From: Paenibacillus sp. 598K
GTDB lineage: Bacteria; Bacillota; Bacilli; Paenibacillales; Paenibacillaceae
Reading direction: 5' to 3'
Assembly: GCF_003851045.1 (NCBI RefSeq)
Contig: NZ_BFBX01000005.1
Span: 1-48,872 of the forward strand
Length of the DNA: 48,872 nt
The position numbers and the translations under genes are program-made. The notes under the pieces are model-generated. The model saw only the letters and a program-made list of their open reading frames with translations, searched no databases and was not told where the DNA came from. How positions within the stretch are numbered: position 1 is the stretch's first letter; each line of letters starts with the position of its first letter. This document shows positions 37,053 to 47,600 of this stretch, piece by piece.

Positions 37053-37958
37053 ATGAGCGAGCGCGAGACAGTCTATCCGCTTCGCCGCCCGGCCCAGCAA
37101 CGCGAGTGGCGACCAAGCATCCATTATGCGCAGATTCAACGGATGCCGACAGGCGTGCTGGAGCGGCGGCGGTTGTATGATTTCGAGCTGCTGTATGTCA
37201 GTCAGGGAGAGGCGGCGACGACGATCTACGGGGAGCGGCACCCTTTGGAGGCCGGGCAGCTGATCTTTTTGCCCTCGGGCGTTTATCATCAGAATGAAGC
37301 GATATCGGCGCCGTATACGAAGTTTATGGGCATTCATTTTGATTTTTTTGATGAGCTGGACATACAGACGGAGGCGGATATGGTCGTGCGGGAGGAGGAG
37401 GTGCAGCCGGAGAAGTTCGCGCGGGAGCCGTGGACCGAGGGGCTGCCGTTATTCTCCAGTATAACCGTCGTTACGCCGCCTCTGCCTTGCGTGCAGCTGA
37501 TGGAGCAACTGGTCGAGGAGTTCACGATGCGCTCGCCCGGCTATGAGGTGGCTTGTCAGGGGCTGATGCAGCAGATCCTCATCCAGTTGCTGCGGATGGC
37601 GATGACCGAGCAGCTGCAGCGGACCTCGGAGCATAGCGCGCGGCTCATGGAGCTGATGGCGCAGATCGAGGCGAGGCCGGAGGGCGGTTGGACAGGGGAG
37701 GTGCTGGCGCAGAGGCTGGATCTGAGCAGGGATCATGCGGCCAAGCTGTTCCGGCAGGCGGCCGGCGCGCCGCTGACGGTATATGTGCAGCAGGTACGCC
37801 ATCGCGAGGCGCGCAAGCTGCTGCGGGAGTCGGACTGGCCGATCGAGCGGATCGGCGAGGCGGTAGGCTATCAGGATATCCATTACTTCAGCCGACTGTT
37901 CCGCCGGCTCGAGGGCATCTCGCCGCGCGAATACCGCAAGCTGTCGCGGATACTGTAG
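37053..37958 (+). CDS. AraC-family transcriptional regulator (cupin plus HTH), divergent from the oxidoreductase/isomerase operon
   Basis: C-terminus reads ...LAQRLDLSRDHAAKLFRQAAGAPLTVYVQQVRHREARKLLRESDWPIERIGEAVGYQDIHYFSRLFRRLEGISPREYRK. ATG 37053 follows GGTGAGG. Confidence 0.85.
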   Translation: MSERETVYPLRRPAQQREWRPSIHYAQIQRMPTGVLERRRLYDFELLYVSQGEAATTIYGERHPLEAGQLIFLPSGVYHQNEAISAPYTKFMGIHFDFFDELDIQTEADMVVREEEVQPEKFAREPWTEGLPLFSSITVVTPPLPCVQLMEQLVEEFTMRSPGYEVACQGLMQQILIQLLRMAMTEQLQRTSEHSARLMELMAQIEARPEGGWTGEVLAQRLDLSRDHAAKLFRQAAGAPLTVYVQQVRHREARKLLRESDWPIERIGEAVGYQDIHYFSRLFRRLEGISPREYRKLSRIL

Positions 37959-38013
37959 CAGCCCATGGCAGTGTCGGGCACTTGTGAAGGTGAAGAAGCT
38001 TGGCTCAACACAA

Positions 38014-38052
38014 TAAGCCGCCACCAGCGCGATAAGCAGGTGGCGGCTTATT
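38014..38052. terminator. Bidirectional terminator-like hairpin (11-bp stem AAGCCGCCACC/GGTGGCGGCTT) between convergent genes
   Basis: Read directly. Weak U-tracts on both sides. Confidence 0.45.
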
Positions 38053-38154
38053 GCCGCGCAGAGCAAGAAAAAGCAGCTTTTCTCTATTCGGAAGGATGAA
38101 GCTTGGCAGTGCGCGCTATCTGTGCCTGCGACTGTTCTCCAGCACAAGCTCCAA

Positions 38155-39132
38155 TCAGCTCAGCTTCGACCAGTCTCCGGCTTGCGGCAGATAGCGTTCC
38201 ATGATGCGGCGATGCTCTGCCAGCACAGCGGCGAGAGTCCCCGCGCTCAGGCTTCCTGCACCCGGGATCGAGGTGCGGAACCGCAGCTCTCCGTCCTCGG
38301 CGTCGAGCTCGAATGCGCCGCCGGGTCCGTCATAATTCAGATTCATCAGCTGCACGGCGACCGCTGCATGCGCGCTCGTCGGCACGAGCTCGGGGAAGAC
38401 GGAGTAGACGCTGCACCAGTCGCTCTCGCTTATATGGATCAGCATCCGCCAGCTCCCGATCTCGGTACGGATATCGAGCCGCACGACGTCCGAGGCGAAC
38501 ACCTCGTAGCGCAGGTTCAACTGTTGCAGCAGCCGCTCTAGCAGCATAGTCTGCGCCCCGCTGTAGCTGGCGACTCCCGATGTCTCGTCTCTTGCATCGT
38601 CCGGCTTCCGATGACCTGTGTGATCCTCAGGTTGCGCCGCGGCTTTCTCCGACTGGAGCCAGGCCGTCTGCAAGCCATGGCGGACGACGCCTTCGCTAGC
38701 CAAGGCGTCCGGCAATGGGATCTGCTGCATCAGCTCCAGCGCCAGCCAGCACTCCGACTGGCGGAGGAAGGTGTGCTCCGTCGCTCCCGGGAGCAGGGCC
38801 GCGAGGATGGTCTGGCTGTCTCCGCCGCTGCTGGCGATGCGCCGGGCATAGCTCTGGCGTAGCCTGGCGCGGATGACGACAGGCTCATCCAGATCGAAGC
38901 TCGGCTCGGCATTCACCAGATCGGTGAACAGGTGGAACCGCTCGTCGGCGATCCATGCTTCGACCAGGTGTCCCTCAGCCTCAAAGGTAATCTCGCACCG
39001 GACGGCGGTTCTGTGATCAGCCGCCTCCCAGACTAGCCGGGTCAGCTCTACCGGCAATGCTTCGCCCTCGAGCGACAAGAAGCTTAAGGGATAGCGGGTT
39101 CGGATTGCATTAGCGTCTTCGCGTGCGGGCAT
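38155..39132 (-). CDS. Hypothetical protein (~325 aa), possibly a tandem YbjN-like/chaperone-like fold (very tentative)
   Basis: ATG 39132 follows GGAGAGGAGAGG. The track start at 39138 is a TTG two codons upstream. No diagnostic motif. Confidence 0.5.
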   Translation of the reverse strand: MPAREDANAIRTRYPLSFLSLEGEALPVELTRLVWEAADHRTAVRCEITFEAEGHLVEAWIADERFHLFTDLVNAEPSFDLDEPVVIRARLRQSYARRIASSGGDSQTILAALLPGATEHTFLRQSECWLALELMQQIPLPDALASEGVVRHGLQTAWLQSEKAAAQPEDHTGHRKPDDARDETSGVASYSGAQTMLLERLLQQLNLRYEVFASDVVRLDIRTEIGSWRMLIHISESDWCSVYSVFPELVPTSAHAAVAVQLMNLNYDGPGGAFELDAEDGELRFRTSIPGAGSLSAGTLAAVLAEHRRIMERYLPQAGDWSKLS

Positions 39133-39459
39133 TCGCAACCTCTCCTCTCCGATGTTCTCTCATTGCAAGCCACTGTTGGCTTTCGATCACCCCAACATCA
39201 GCCTGATCCGCCTATTGGCGTATTATACCTGTTTCGTACCTGTTTCGTACCATACCGTTTGGGCGCTTCTCCGTAATGCAGTGCGGGTGCATCGACATTA
39301 GGCGGACTTTGCACATGTGGAGCGTGTGCGGTTGGTAGGGCGTATTGTTACTAGTAGTTGTCCTGGACTGCGCAAGATGTCAGCATCCGCTCAAAGCATT
39401 CGATGTGTAGAGAGTCAAGTCGGCGCCAGTCGCTGTTGTAGCGGAGGGACAGAAACGTA

Positions 39460-39660
39460 GCAGGCATAGGAACATAGGTAACCTTATTTGGTGTAAAAAC
39501 GGGGATTTCGCCGATTTTAGGAACCTCAGTATCGTTATTTTGGCTTAATGAGGTCAAAACGGGCAGTTGGAGGGGAAATAACGATACTTATGTTCCTCTG
39601 GCCCCGCAATTAGACGGTTTTGAGCGAAATAGCGATACTCATGTTCCCAACGCTCGCGGT
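39460..39660. repeat. Cluster of a ~16-nt motif (CGATACTyATGTTCC, with AAATAACGATAC) present four times in both orientations, forming a ~19-bp imperfect inverted repeat pair 35 nt apart
   Basis: Copies at 39467 (reverse complement), 39509 (reverse complement), 39571 and 39624. Also GTTGTAGCGGA x2 (39433, 39659) and TACCTGTTTCG x2 (39225). Confidence 0.6.
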
Positions 39661-39741
39661 TGTAGCGGAAACGATGCGTCGAATCGCCAGAGTAGGGGAG
39701 GAGCCGCAGCGCTGGACCCACCGCTTCCGTACCCCCATCGC

Positions 39742-40040
39742 CCGCGCACCCGTCAGCCATGCGACGGCTCTCGTCAGCGTGGCGCGGCGCCCCGCGAAGC
39801 CGCAGTTCGCACCCACGGTGCCAGAGCGCCCCCTAGGCGTCCGCGCACCCGTCAGCCGTGCGACGGCTCTCGTCAGCGTGGCGCAGCGCCCCGCGAAGCC
39901 GCAGTCCGCGCCCACGGTGCCAGAGCGCCCCCATCGTCCGGCGCACCCGTCAGCCGTGCGACGGCTCTCGTCAGCATGGCGCAGCGCCCCGCGGAGCCGT
40001 AGACCGCGCCCACAATGCCAGAGCGCCCCCTGTGCGTCCG
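39742..40040. repeat. 3 tandem copies of a ~99-bp GC-rich unit
   Basis: CGCGCACCCGTCAGCCrTGCGACGGCTCTCGTCAGCGTGGCGCrGCGCCCCGCGAAGCCGCAGTyCGCrCCCACGGTGCCAGAGCGCCCCC... with periods of 99, 99 and 98 nt. The ORFs 39620..40057(+) and 39610..39915(-) are artefacts. Confidence 0.85.
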
Positions 40041-40107
40041 CTAGGTCAACGCCTTAGGCGCACGGCCGCTGCGCGCTACATGCTTGCGCTCCGTGGTGTC
40101 AGATCGA

Positions 40108-42948
40108 CTAGGTCTTCTCGATGCCGACGAGCCCGCCCTTGAGGCCGTAAGCGCCGTTTTCCTTGCTGAGGGCCAGCTTGCCGAGGCGCTTCGATTTCTC
40201 GATGGCGAGCGTCATGATGCCCGCTTCGATCTCAAGCCCCTTCGTCTGGCCGATCTCCAGCGACACCTCCCATTTGCTGAACTTGCCAGCGTCGTCCTTC
40301 TCTGCGCTAATATTGAGGGAGAAGTCCATCGTGCTGCTCAACGCAATCTTGTTGGACAGCTCGTCTGCGTCCAGCTCCTCGCTCGTGAACCAGCTGCGCA
40401 TCTGCTCCTGGATCTCGTCCTGATCCTGCAACTGCGAGGCGAAGCTCTCGCCCCAGGCGTCGAACTCCGGCACCAGGAAGAGCGTATCCGTCCCGATATC
40501 CGCAGCGGTGCCGGCATAGCTGGCGCCTTTTTTGTCCTTCATCGTATTCTGGACCGCGCCGACAGAGTTTTTCACAAGGCCGGAGATCGGCGCGACCAGC
40601 TTGGCCAGCGTCTTCGCCCATTCCGTCGTTTCCTCGCCGTACTGGAAGGGGAGGCCGGCCTCGACGGCGATCTCGACCTCCTTGAGCGTGCCGTCCATCC
40701 AGGCGAGCTCCAGCGCGATCCCGAAGTCGACGCCGGTGCCGGCGATCTCCAGCGACAGCGCGCTCTCGAACTCGAGGGTGCGGCGTTTGGAGCCGGAGAG
40801 CAAGGCGGTCGCCTTCTCGGCCAGCTTGGCCAGATCGGTCGAGTCGCCGAATGACCCGGCTTTATCCGTCACAGCGTCCTTGTCGTAGCGATTGAGCCGC
40901 TTGTGGCCGAGCGCCGCCTCCGCTTCGAACACACCCGCATTAACCTCGGCGGCGACTTGGCTGGTCAAGCCGACGTCGACGTGATTGTCCTCGTTGCTCA
41001 TCTCCTGTTGCTCGATCATCGCCGCCCACAGCTCGGCCTCCTCGAGCTTGCTCTTACCGGACTTGCCGCCATGGCCCCACAGCGAGTCGGCCGCTCCTGC
41101 GGAGAACTTGCGCATCTGTCGATACATCCCGTACGACATCAGGTTGACGGCGCTGTGCGAGTTGCTGCCCTGCGCTGCGAGGAAAAATCCGACCGACGCG
41201 TTCACGTCGAGACCAAAGCCGCCGAAGCCGCCGCCGATGCTCACTTGCGATTCCAGCGACAGCTCGCCTTCCTCCTTTTCCGCCTCCGCGCCGAGCGAGA
41301 TCAGGAAGTACGCGCCCGCCTGGATCGGAATCTTCAGCTCGAACTCGAGCGAGGCCGAATCGCCAGCCGCAGGCACGGCCAGATCGATGATTTTGGCGAC
41401 CTTGGCGAAGCCTTTGTTGAGCGAGTCTTCCTCGATCACATATTTGATCGCCTTGCCGGCGATATCGTCGGCCGTCACCTGCTGGCCGACCTGGGTGATC
41501 AGCTCGGAGCGCTTGATCAGATCCGGTCCGGCGCCCGTTTCCTTGTCGCCCTTCGTCACCTTGCGCGCTTCCGATTCGGCTTTTGGCATGATGATTTTGT
41601 AGAGCTCGGCCGCCTTGGCCTGCGCCCCGGTTTTGGAGGCTTTGGCGATCTTGTCTCCGGCGTCGGCATGACTTCTCGCTACGCTGTAGGCTGACGTCTG
41701 CGCCGCTTCCTTAAGCTGCTTGGTCGTCGGCTCCTGCGGCAGCAGCTGCGTGAGGATGCTGTCCGCGTGCGTGCCCATCACTTTGTCGACCGAGCTCTTG
41801 GAGGTGCTATGCGATTCAGCCTTGGCCAGCATGCCATAGTATTGCTTTCCTACGTTGCTCTTGCCGCTGGTGAGGCTGTTGCTGTCCAGTTGATTGTCGA
41901 TGTCGGTCCGGGCCTGCGTGCGTCCGGCTTCCTTGAGACTGTCGCGGAAGGCGTTGAGCTCGTCCGACCTGCGGAAGGCGCTGCGCCCGACGCCAAGCTT
42001 GAGCAGCACGACCTGACGGATCGGGTCGGCCAGACTGGCTTTATAGACCTGATCGATGACCGTGGCGTCGAACAGACTGTTCTCCAGTCGGCTTCGCTTG
42101 CCCGCTTCATCTGTTCCCAGCGTCTTGATATCGACATGGACGGAGAGGGCGCCGAGATCGTTTTGCATATCCTGCAGGATCGATTGCTTGCCGGCAGTCA
42201 GCGTCGCCTCGCCGATCTGCCGGGCTTCGCCGACCGTTTGCTTTTCGGCGCTTTTATCCGCTTCCTTGAGCTGCTTGCTCAGCTCGACGCCGGGCTTTGG
42301 AGCGACCATGGCGAAGCCTTCCTTGGCTTTGGTTTGCAGCTTTTCCTTTTGCGTATCGCCGAGCCTGGGAGTTGCGGTGCTCCCCGCATATTTTTTGAGC
42401 GTTTCGCCGAGTACATTTTGCGAGTCGACGAGTTGCTCCGCATACGACTTGGCATCCTTTTTTTGCTGGTCAGTGACGCTGCCTGTATTCTCCACTTGCT
42501 GTTGGACGGCACTAATGGCCGCTTGTCGCAAGCTGTTGCGTAACGCCGCCGTCTGCTTGTCCTTGGCTAGGAAAGTCGTCAGCTCGGTGGCTGTCGTACT
42601 TTGGAGCCCGGTGAAATACTTGTCGGCGAGCCGATTGGCGGTCGCATCCTTCTGCAGGTCAAGCTCGCCTTGCCGGATCTCCTCCTTGGACGGACCGCTC
42701 GGAGGCGGCGATCCGCTTCCGCTGGACTGCTGGCTGCGCGCGAGGTTGCGATTGCCGAGCGAGCGCTGCAGCGTGTTGCGCAGATCAAGAGGGGTGGGAG
42801 ATTGCGTGCCCTGAACGGGCGGCGATGTCGGGGTCTGCGTTGCAGTCTGCTGGGGAGCTTGCGTTTGGGTCTGCGTTTGCGCGGCAGTCTGTCGGTCTTG
42901 ATCGGAGGGTTTCTTTTTGCCGGTAAAGAGGGACGGGAAGGGAGCCAT
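40108..42948 (-). CDS. Large hypothetical protein (946 aa). It has a low-complexity Q/T/P-rich N-terminus, the leader motif TLQRSLGNRNLAR, and a Lys/Ala/Glu-rich body with a Gly-rich segment (GGGFGGFGLDVNASVGFFLAAQG).
   Basis: ATG 42948 (MAPFPSLFTGKKKP). No signal peptide or TM helix. It shares the leader motif with the divergent gene at 43180. Candidate injection-system cargo (inference). Confidence 0.6.
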   Translation of the reverse strand: MAPFPSLFTGKKKPSDQDRQTAAQTQTQTQAPQQTATQTPTSPPVQGTQSPTPLDLRNTLQRSLGNRNLARSQQSSGSGSPPPSGPSKEEIRQGELDLQKDATANRLADKYFTGLQSTTATELTTFLAKDKQTAALRNSLRQAAISAVQQQVENTGSVTDQQKKDAKSYAEQLVDSQNVLGETLKKYAGSTATPRLGDTQKEKLQTKAKEGFAMVAPKPGVELSKQLKEADKSAEKQTVGEARQIGEATLTAGKQSILQDMQNDLGALSVHVDIKTLGTDEAGKRSRLENSLFDATVIDQVYKASLADPIRQVVLLKLGVGRSAFRRSDELNAFRDSLKEAGRTQARTDIDNQLDSNSLTSGKSNVGKQYYGMLAKAESHSTSKSSVDKVMGTHADSILTQLLPQEPTTKQLKEAAQTSAYSVARSHADAGDKIAKASKTGAQAKAAELYKIIMPKAESEARKVTKGDKETGAGPDLIKRSELITQVGQQVTADDIAGKAIKYVIEEDSLNKGFAKVAKIIDLAVPAAGDSASLEFELKIPIQAGAYFLISLGAEAEKEEGELSLESQVSIGGGFGGFGLDVNASVGFFLAAQGSNSHSAVNLMSYGMYRQMRKFSAGAADSLWGHGGKSGKSKLEEAELWAAMIEQQEMSNEDNHVDVGLTSQVAAEVNAGVFEAEAALGHKRLNRYDKDAVTDKAGSFGDSTDLAKLAEKATALLSGSKRRTLEFESALSLEIAGTGVDFGIALELAWMDGTLKEVEIAVEAGLPFQYGEETTEWAKTLAKLVAPISGLVKNSVGAVQNTMKDKKGASYAGTAADIGTDTLFLVPEFDAWGESFASQLQDQDEIQEQMRSWFTSEELDADELSNKIALSSTMDFSLNISAEKDDAGKFSKWEVSLEIGQTKGLEIEAGIMTLAIEKSKRLGKLALSKENGAYGLKGGLVGIEKT

Positions 42949-43179
42949 GCACTGTCCTCCTTAAAGAGAGTATCGAATGTTAGAATCTGATCTGATTATA
43001 CATGACGCTTTCTTCCCTGTGTGACATTTTTTTGCGTGTGTCGCAATCGTTCGACATTTTTTTTATACATTTTGCAGGTAAAAGGGAGGAAGGTGTAGAA
43101 ATAAACAAAATTCCAGTATTTGAATCGGAACAGAGTGAAAGCAGCGGCGGGTCGAGGGCTGCAACGGGGAGGGCGAGGA
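42949..43179. promoter_or_regulatory. AT-rich divergent promoter region with the direct repeat GACATTTTTTT x2
   Basis: The 230-bp gap between divergent genes has the lowest GC content in the window. Repeats at 43021 and 43053. Confidence 0.4.
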
Positions 43180-44595
43180 ATGGCACGTAAATATGGCAAG
43201 CTGCCTCCGCTTGACTCGCATCCCGAGAAGCTGGACGAGGAGAAGACGCGACGTCCGGCGGCCAACCGCGAAGCGCCGCCGCTGGAGGAAGGGTCTCAGA
43301 CGCTGCAGCGATCGGTCGGCAACTCGGCGATCCGTCGGCTCGCCCGGACGGTAGCTGTCTCCGGCTCCGGCCCGCTGCTGCCCCGCGAGCCCAAGTATGC
43401 GCGATATGCCCGCTGGCTGCTGGCGCATGTAGAGGCGGACGGACGCCAGGAGCTGCTGCGCCGCTTTTACGCGCTGACGATGCCGCAGAAGCGGGCCGCC
43501 CTGGTCAATACAGTCGGCCGTCCGGCGCTGCAGAGCGAGCAGTACACGCTGGATCTGGACGACTTCGACCGCCAGGTAACCGCTGTCAAGCATGTACAGC
43601 TGCGACATGGCGAGTCGGAGAAGGAAGCGGACGAAAGCGAGCGGGGAGCGTTCCAGACGAAGGCAAGCCTCACCCCGGCCGGTCTGCTGCACCCGTACCG
43701 CGAACTCCTGTTGTGGCTCAACTACAAGGCCGTCAAGCAGGGCCAGGCCGCGCTGATGCTGCGGTTTGGCCGGCTGTCCGTCCCCCGCAAGCAGCTCGCG
43801 TTGCATCGGATGATGCGATTCCGCAGTATCACTGTCGATGCCTTCACCCGTCAGATGACGCTGCCGGTACTCGAGCGCGAGTGGGTCGACTGGGAGACGG
43901 TACGCGCGTCGATGGCGATGGCGGAGCGCGTGAAGGCCGAGGGCGGCCGGAGCGAGGCTGAAACTGGCGGAGAGCGCACAGACGGCGGAGATACAGCAGC
44001 CGACGAGCTGCTGGAGGGACTAGACGCCGGAGGACTGCCGACTGCGCTGCTATCGCTACTGGGGCTTGCGGACTCGGACGCCGGGACTGTAGGGATGGAC
44101 GATCGCAAGGGCGCTCGCGCCTCGGAGGAGCCTGCGACGGGTCAGGCTCAGGAGCGCCAGCCGTCGCCCGGAGCATCCAGGTCGGAGGCGATCAAGCCAG
44201 ACGCAGGCGGGGTGGCGCTGCTCGCCGGCAGGACCGCGGACTACTGGACGAGGCTGCTGCTAGGCGGCAAGGGCGCGCAGCCGCTCGCCGCCATCGCCGA
44301 GCGCTGTCGCAGCGGCGGCTTGGACAGGGAGGCAGTCGTCGACCGCTATCTCAACCTCGCGACCGCTCCTCCGGCAGGGCGGCGCAAGCAGCGCGACAAG
44401 CGGTTGCAGGCGTCGGGCTTCCGGACGGCGGCGGATTGCTTCGCCTTCCTCATCAGGGGCTTCGCCGCCTTCCTGATCCGGGGAGCGAAGGAGGGCAAGG
44501 ACAAGAGCTGCCGTCAGGCGCTCAAGCAATGGGACATCCCGGATGGCGCCGACGAGACGAAGGCGCAGGCGGCGATACTTGCAAGGCTCGGCTAG
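43180..44595 (+). CDS. Hypothetical protein (471 aa) with the N-terminal leader motif TLQRSVGNSAIRRLA. The C-terminal domain is Arg/Ala-rich and matches no known family.
   Basis: ATG 43180 lies 6 nt after GGGGAGGG. The motif sits at residues 41-55. The track start at GTG 43120 lacks an RBS. Confidence 0.55.
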   Translation: MARKYGKLPPLDSHPEKLDEEKTRRPAANREAPPLEEGSQTLQRSVGNSAIRRLARTVAVSGSGPLLPREPKYARYARWLLAHVEADGRQELLRRFYALTMPQKRAALVNTVGRPALQSEQYTLDLDDFDRQVTAVKHVQLRHGESEKEADESERGAFQTKASLTPAGLLHPYRELLLWLNYKAVKQGQAALMLRFGRLSVPRKQLALHRMMRFRSITVDAFTRQMTLPVLEREWVDWETVRASMAMAERVKAEGGRSEAETGGERTDGGDTAADELLEGLDAGGLPTALLSLLGLADSDAGTVGMDDRKGARASEEPATGQAQERQPSPGASRSEAIKPDAGGVALLAGRTADYWTRLLLGGKGAQPLAAIAERCRSGGLDREAVVDRYLNLATAPPAGRRKQRDKRLQASGFRTAADCFAFLIRGFAAFLIRGAKEGKDKSCRQALKQWDIPDGADETKAQAAILARLG

Positions 44596-44609
44596 CGGAT
44601 CGGCTAGGC

Positions 44610-47600
44610 GTGAATCTAGAGGCAGGATGGAGCGGCAGCGTGGCAGCACAATTACAGGCTTTTTTTAATCTCAGATACGAAGACCGCCGCAAAATCCTCG
44701 TCATGGGCCTTGTGTTCCTGCTGGCAGGCATCTCGGAGATGGTCAACTATACCGCTTATATGGGCATCTTCAACAGCAGGGTAGGCACGCAGTATTTGCC
44801 GATCATGTACATGATCGAGGCGCTTTTGCTGCCGCTCGAGGGCTGGGCGCTCGCCTATCTGTCGCAGCGCATCCCCAAGAAGCGCCTGATGATTACGCTC
44901 TACCTGTCCTTCGTCTCGATCGGTCTGATCGGCGGAGCGCTGCTGCTCCTCTTCCGCTGGACCGGCGCGGAGTGGACGTTCTTCTATTTCTTGCTGTTCC
45001 TGGGCTCCAGCTTTGTCGTCCGGCAGCAGACGCTGCTCATGTGGGCCACCGCCTTTGATCTGTGCCCGACCCAGCAGGCGAAGCGGGTCATGCCCGTCTT
45101 CGTGCTGCTGGCGATCATCGGCGGCATCGTCGCCGGCGTGCTCTCCCGGTTGCTGGCGCCGCTGCTCGGCGCAGAGCTGCTGTACCTGCTCGGGGCGATT
45201 ATCCTGTTGCTCGGCTTCCCTAACTTCCGCAGCGCGCTTCGCCAGTATTTGCTGCCCTCGGATATCGCGGACGAGGAGGGGGGAGAGGAGCTGGGCGCGG
45301 TCGGCCGTTCGATGAAGCTGATGCTGAGATCGCCCTTCCTGCTGGTCGTGCTCGGAGTGATGACCTTGATGCCGGCTGTGTATTATGTGATGGAATATCA
45401 ATACTTTACAGCCGCTCAGGCCGTGTTCCTCACGGAGGAGGAGTTGACAGCGTTCTATGGGCTGATGGTCATTGTGCTGTTTTGCGGCGCATTCGTCCTG
45501 CAGCTGTTCTCCGCGAGGCTGATGGCCTGGCTGGGCGCCAGCAACATGGTGCTCGGCATGACGGTCGTATTTCTCCTCTGCTTTGCGCTGGCGGCCCCGC
45601 TGGTGGGCTCATCCGGAGCGCTGTTCGCCGTATCGTTTGGCTATTGCCTCACCTATCTCCTTCTTTATTATTTCGCAGAACCAAGCTTTCAGCTGTTTTT
45701 CAAAATGTATCCCCAGCAGCAGCGGGACGGGCTGCGATTCACCGCCCAGAGCGTGTCGGCCTCGGCCGGCATCCTGCTCGGCTCCGGCGTCTCCCTGCTG
45801 CACTCCCGATTGGGCTGGAGTCTACCGGCCCAGGCGACGGTCGGACTGGCGATGGCAGCGCTGCTCGTCGCGCTAGCCTGGTCAATCCGCCGACTGTATA
45901 TGCAGCAGCTGTTGCATTACCTGCACGCGGCCGGAGGTTCGCTCAAGAACCGGTATCAGGACTTCGTCGAGTCGCTGCGCAGTCAGGATGCGAAGCGGGC
46001 GCTGATCGCCCGACTGGAGCAATCTGAGCCGCCGATCCAACGGATCACGCTGGAATGGCTGGCCGAAGCGCCGGACGCGGCCGCCTCAGAGGCGCTGCTG
46101 CGGTTCGCCGGGCGCCATCAGGGCGACGTATTGGCCATGGCGCTGACAGCGATCCATGCCGACGGCTGGCGCGAGATGGCGGCAGGCCGCGTCCGCGAGT
46201 GGGTGCAGGATGCGAGCGAGACGGTGCGGGCAGTCGCAGCGCGTCAGGCGATCGCCTCCGGGCGTCCGGACCGCGCGGAGTGGCTGCAGCTCGCATATCG
46301 CGATCCGGCGCTGCCGGTGCGACTGGAGGCGCTGCGCGTCTGGGAGAGCCAGGAGGAGGTGGAGCGGGAGCTGCGCGAGCTGCTGCAGCAAGGCGGCGAA
46401 GCGGCGCTCGCAGCTTGCCGGATGATCGGCGAGCGACGGCTCGCCTCGATGCTCTACGATGTCATGCTATGCATGCTGGAGCCTGCGATGGCGCTCAAGT
46501 ACGAGGCAGTGCGGACGATCGGCCGGATCGGCGACAGCGACATCGTCACCAGTCTGATGGACATGCTCGTCGGCGCGGATCGCGAGATGAGCCGGATCAT
46601 CGAGGAGGCGCTGCAGGAGGCGGGTGAGGTAACGGGCCTGACGCGCTTCCTTGACTCGCCCAATGAAGACATCTGGCGCGCCGCCGTCTTGACGGTCAAT
46701 GCGATCGGCGCCGATCGGGAGATCGCCGAGCTGGTCGTCCCGGCCTGTATCCGCAAGCTGATGGAGCTGTGCGCGGGCAACCGTATACTCGAGCTGATCG
46801 AGGAGGCGGGCCAGCCGGCGTGGACGGAGCTGGCGCGGCAGCGGCGCAACGAGGTGAACCGGATGCTGCTCGACACGATCTGGACCGTCATGGTCCGCTA
46901 CGGCGACGAGCGCTCGATCCCGCAGCTGCGGCGCGCGATCGAGGAGGGCGCCGAGGAGGCGCGCGACCACGGGCTGGAGATCCTCTCCGAGGGGATGGAT
47001 CACCCCCGCCTGGCGGGTGCGCTGCTCCTCTACTATCAGAGCATTCAGCACGGCGCCGCCAAGCGGACGGAGACGCACGCAGCGATCGAGAGCAGTCCCG
47101 AGCTTGCGGCGACGATGCCGACAGATCCATGGCTGCAGGCGATTCTCGTCAAGGCGAGCGCCAGGGAAGGAGAGGCGGAGTTGGCACAGACCTGGGAATA
47201 TTTGAGCGCGCTCGACAAAATCGTATTTCTGAAGCAAGTCCCGTTGTTCCACGAAATCTCGGTCGAGGAGCTCGGGCGCATCGCAAGCATCGCCGAGGAG
47301 CAGTCGTACGCGGAGGGCGAGTACCTGCTGCGTCAGGGCGAGCGCAGCAGCTCGCTCGTCATGATCGTCGACGGCGAGGTCGAGATGAGCGGGGTGGGCG
47401 ATGCCGGCGTAGAGGGCAGCCTGGCGAGACTGGGGCCGAAGATGACGTTTGGCGAGGCGGGACTGTTCGATGACCAGCCCTCGGCGGTCTCGGCGCAGGC
47501 GGTCCTGGGCGAGGTGCGGGTGCTGGCGATCGCGGGCGAGGAAGCGGCCAAGCTGGTGCGGCTCTATCCCGATATCGGCGTTGGTCTGCTCCGCTCCGTC

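Noticed and set aside
39620-40057. 145-aa ORF (and the minus-strand ORF 39610..39915) over the 99-bp repeats
   Set aside because: Repeat-driven open frames (99 = 33 codons) with no RBS. The third unit is 98 bp and breaks the frame.
44436-44609. Track start of the TLC-HEAT-cNMP ORF at 44436, overlapping the upstream gene by 160 nt
   Set aside because: The TLC N-terminal motif begins near residue 75 of that ORF. The upstream part overlaps the preceding CDS in another frame. A start just after the upstream stop (GTG 44610 or 44640) fits better.
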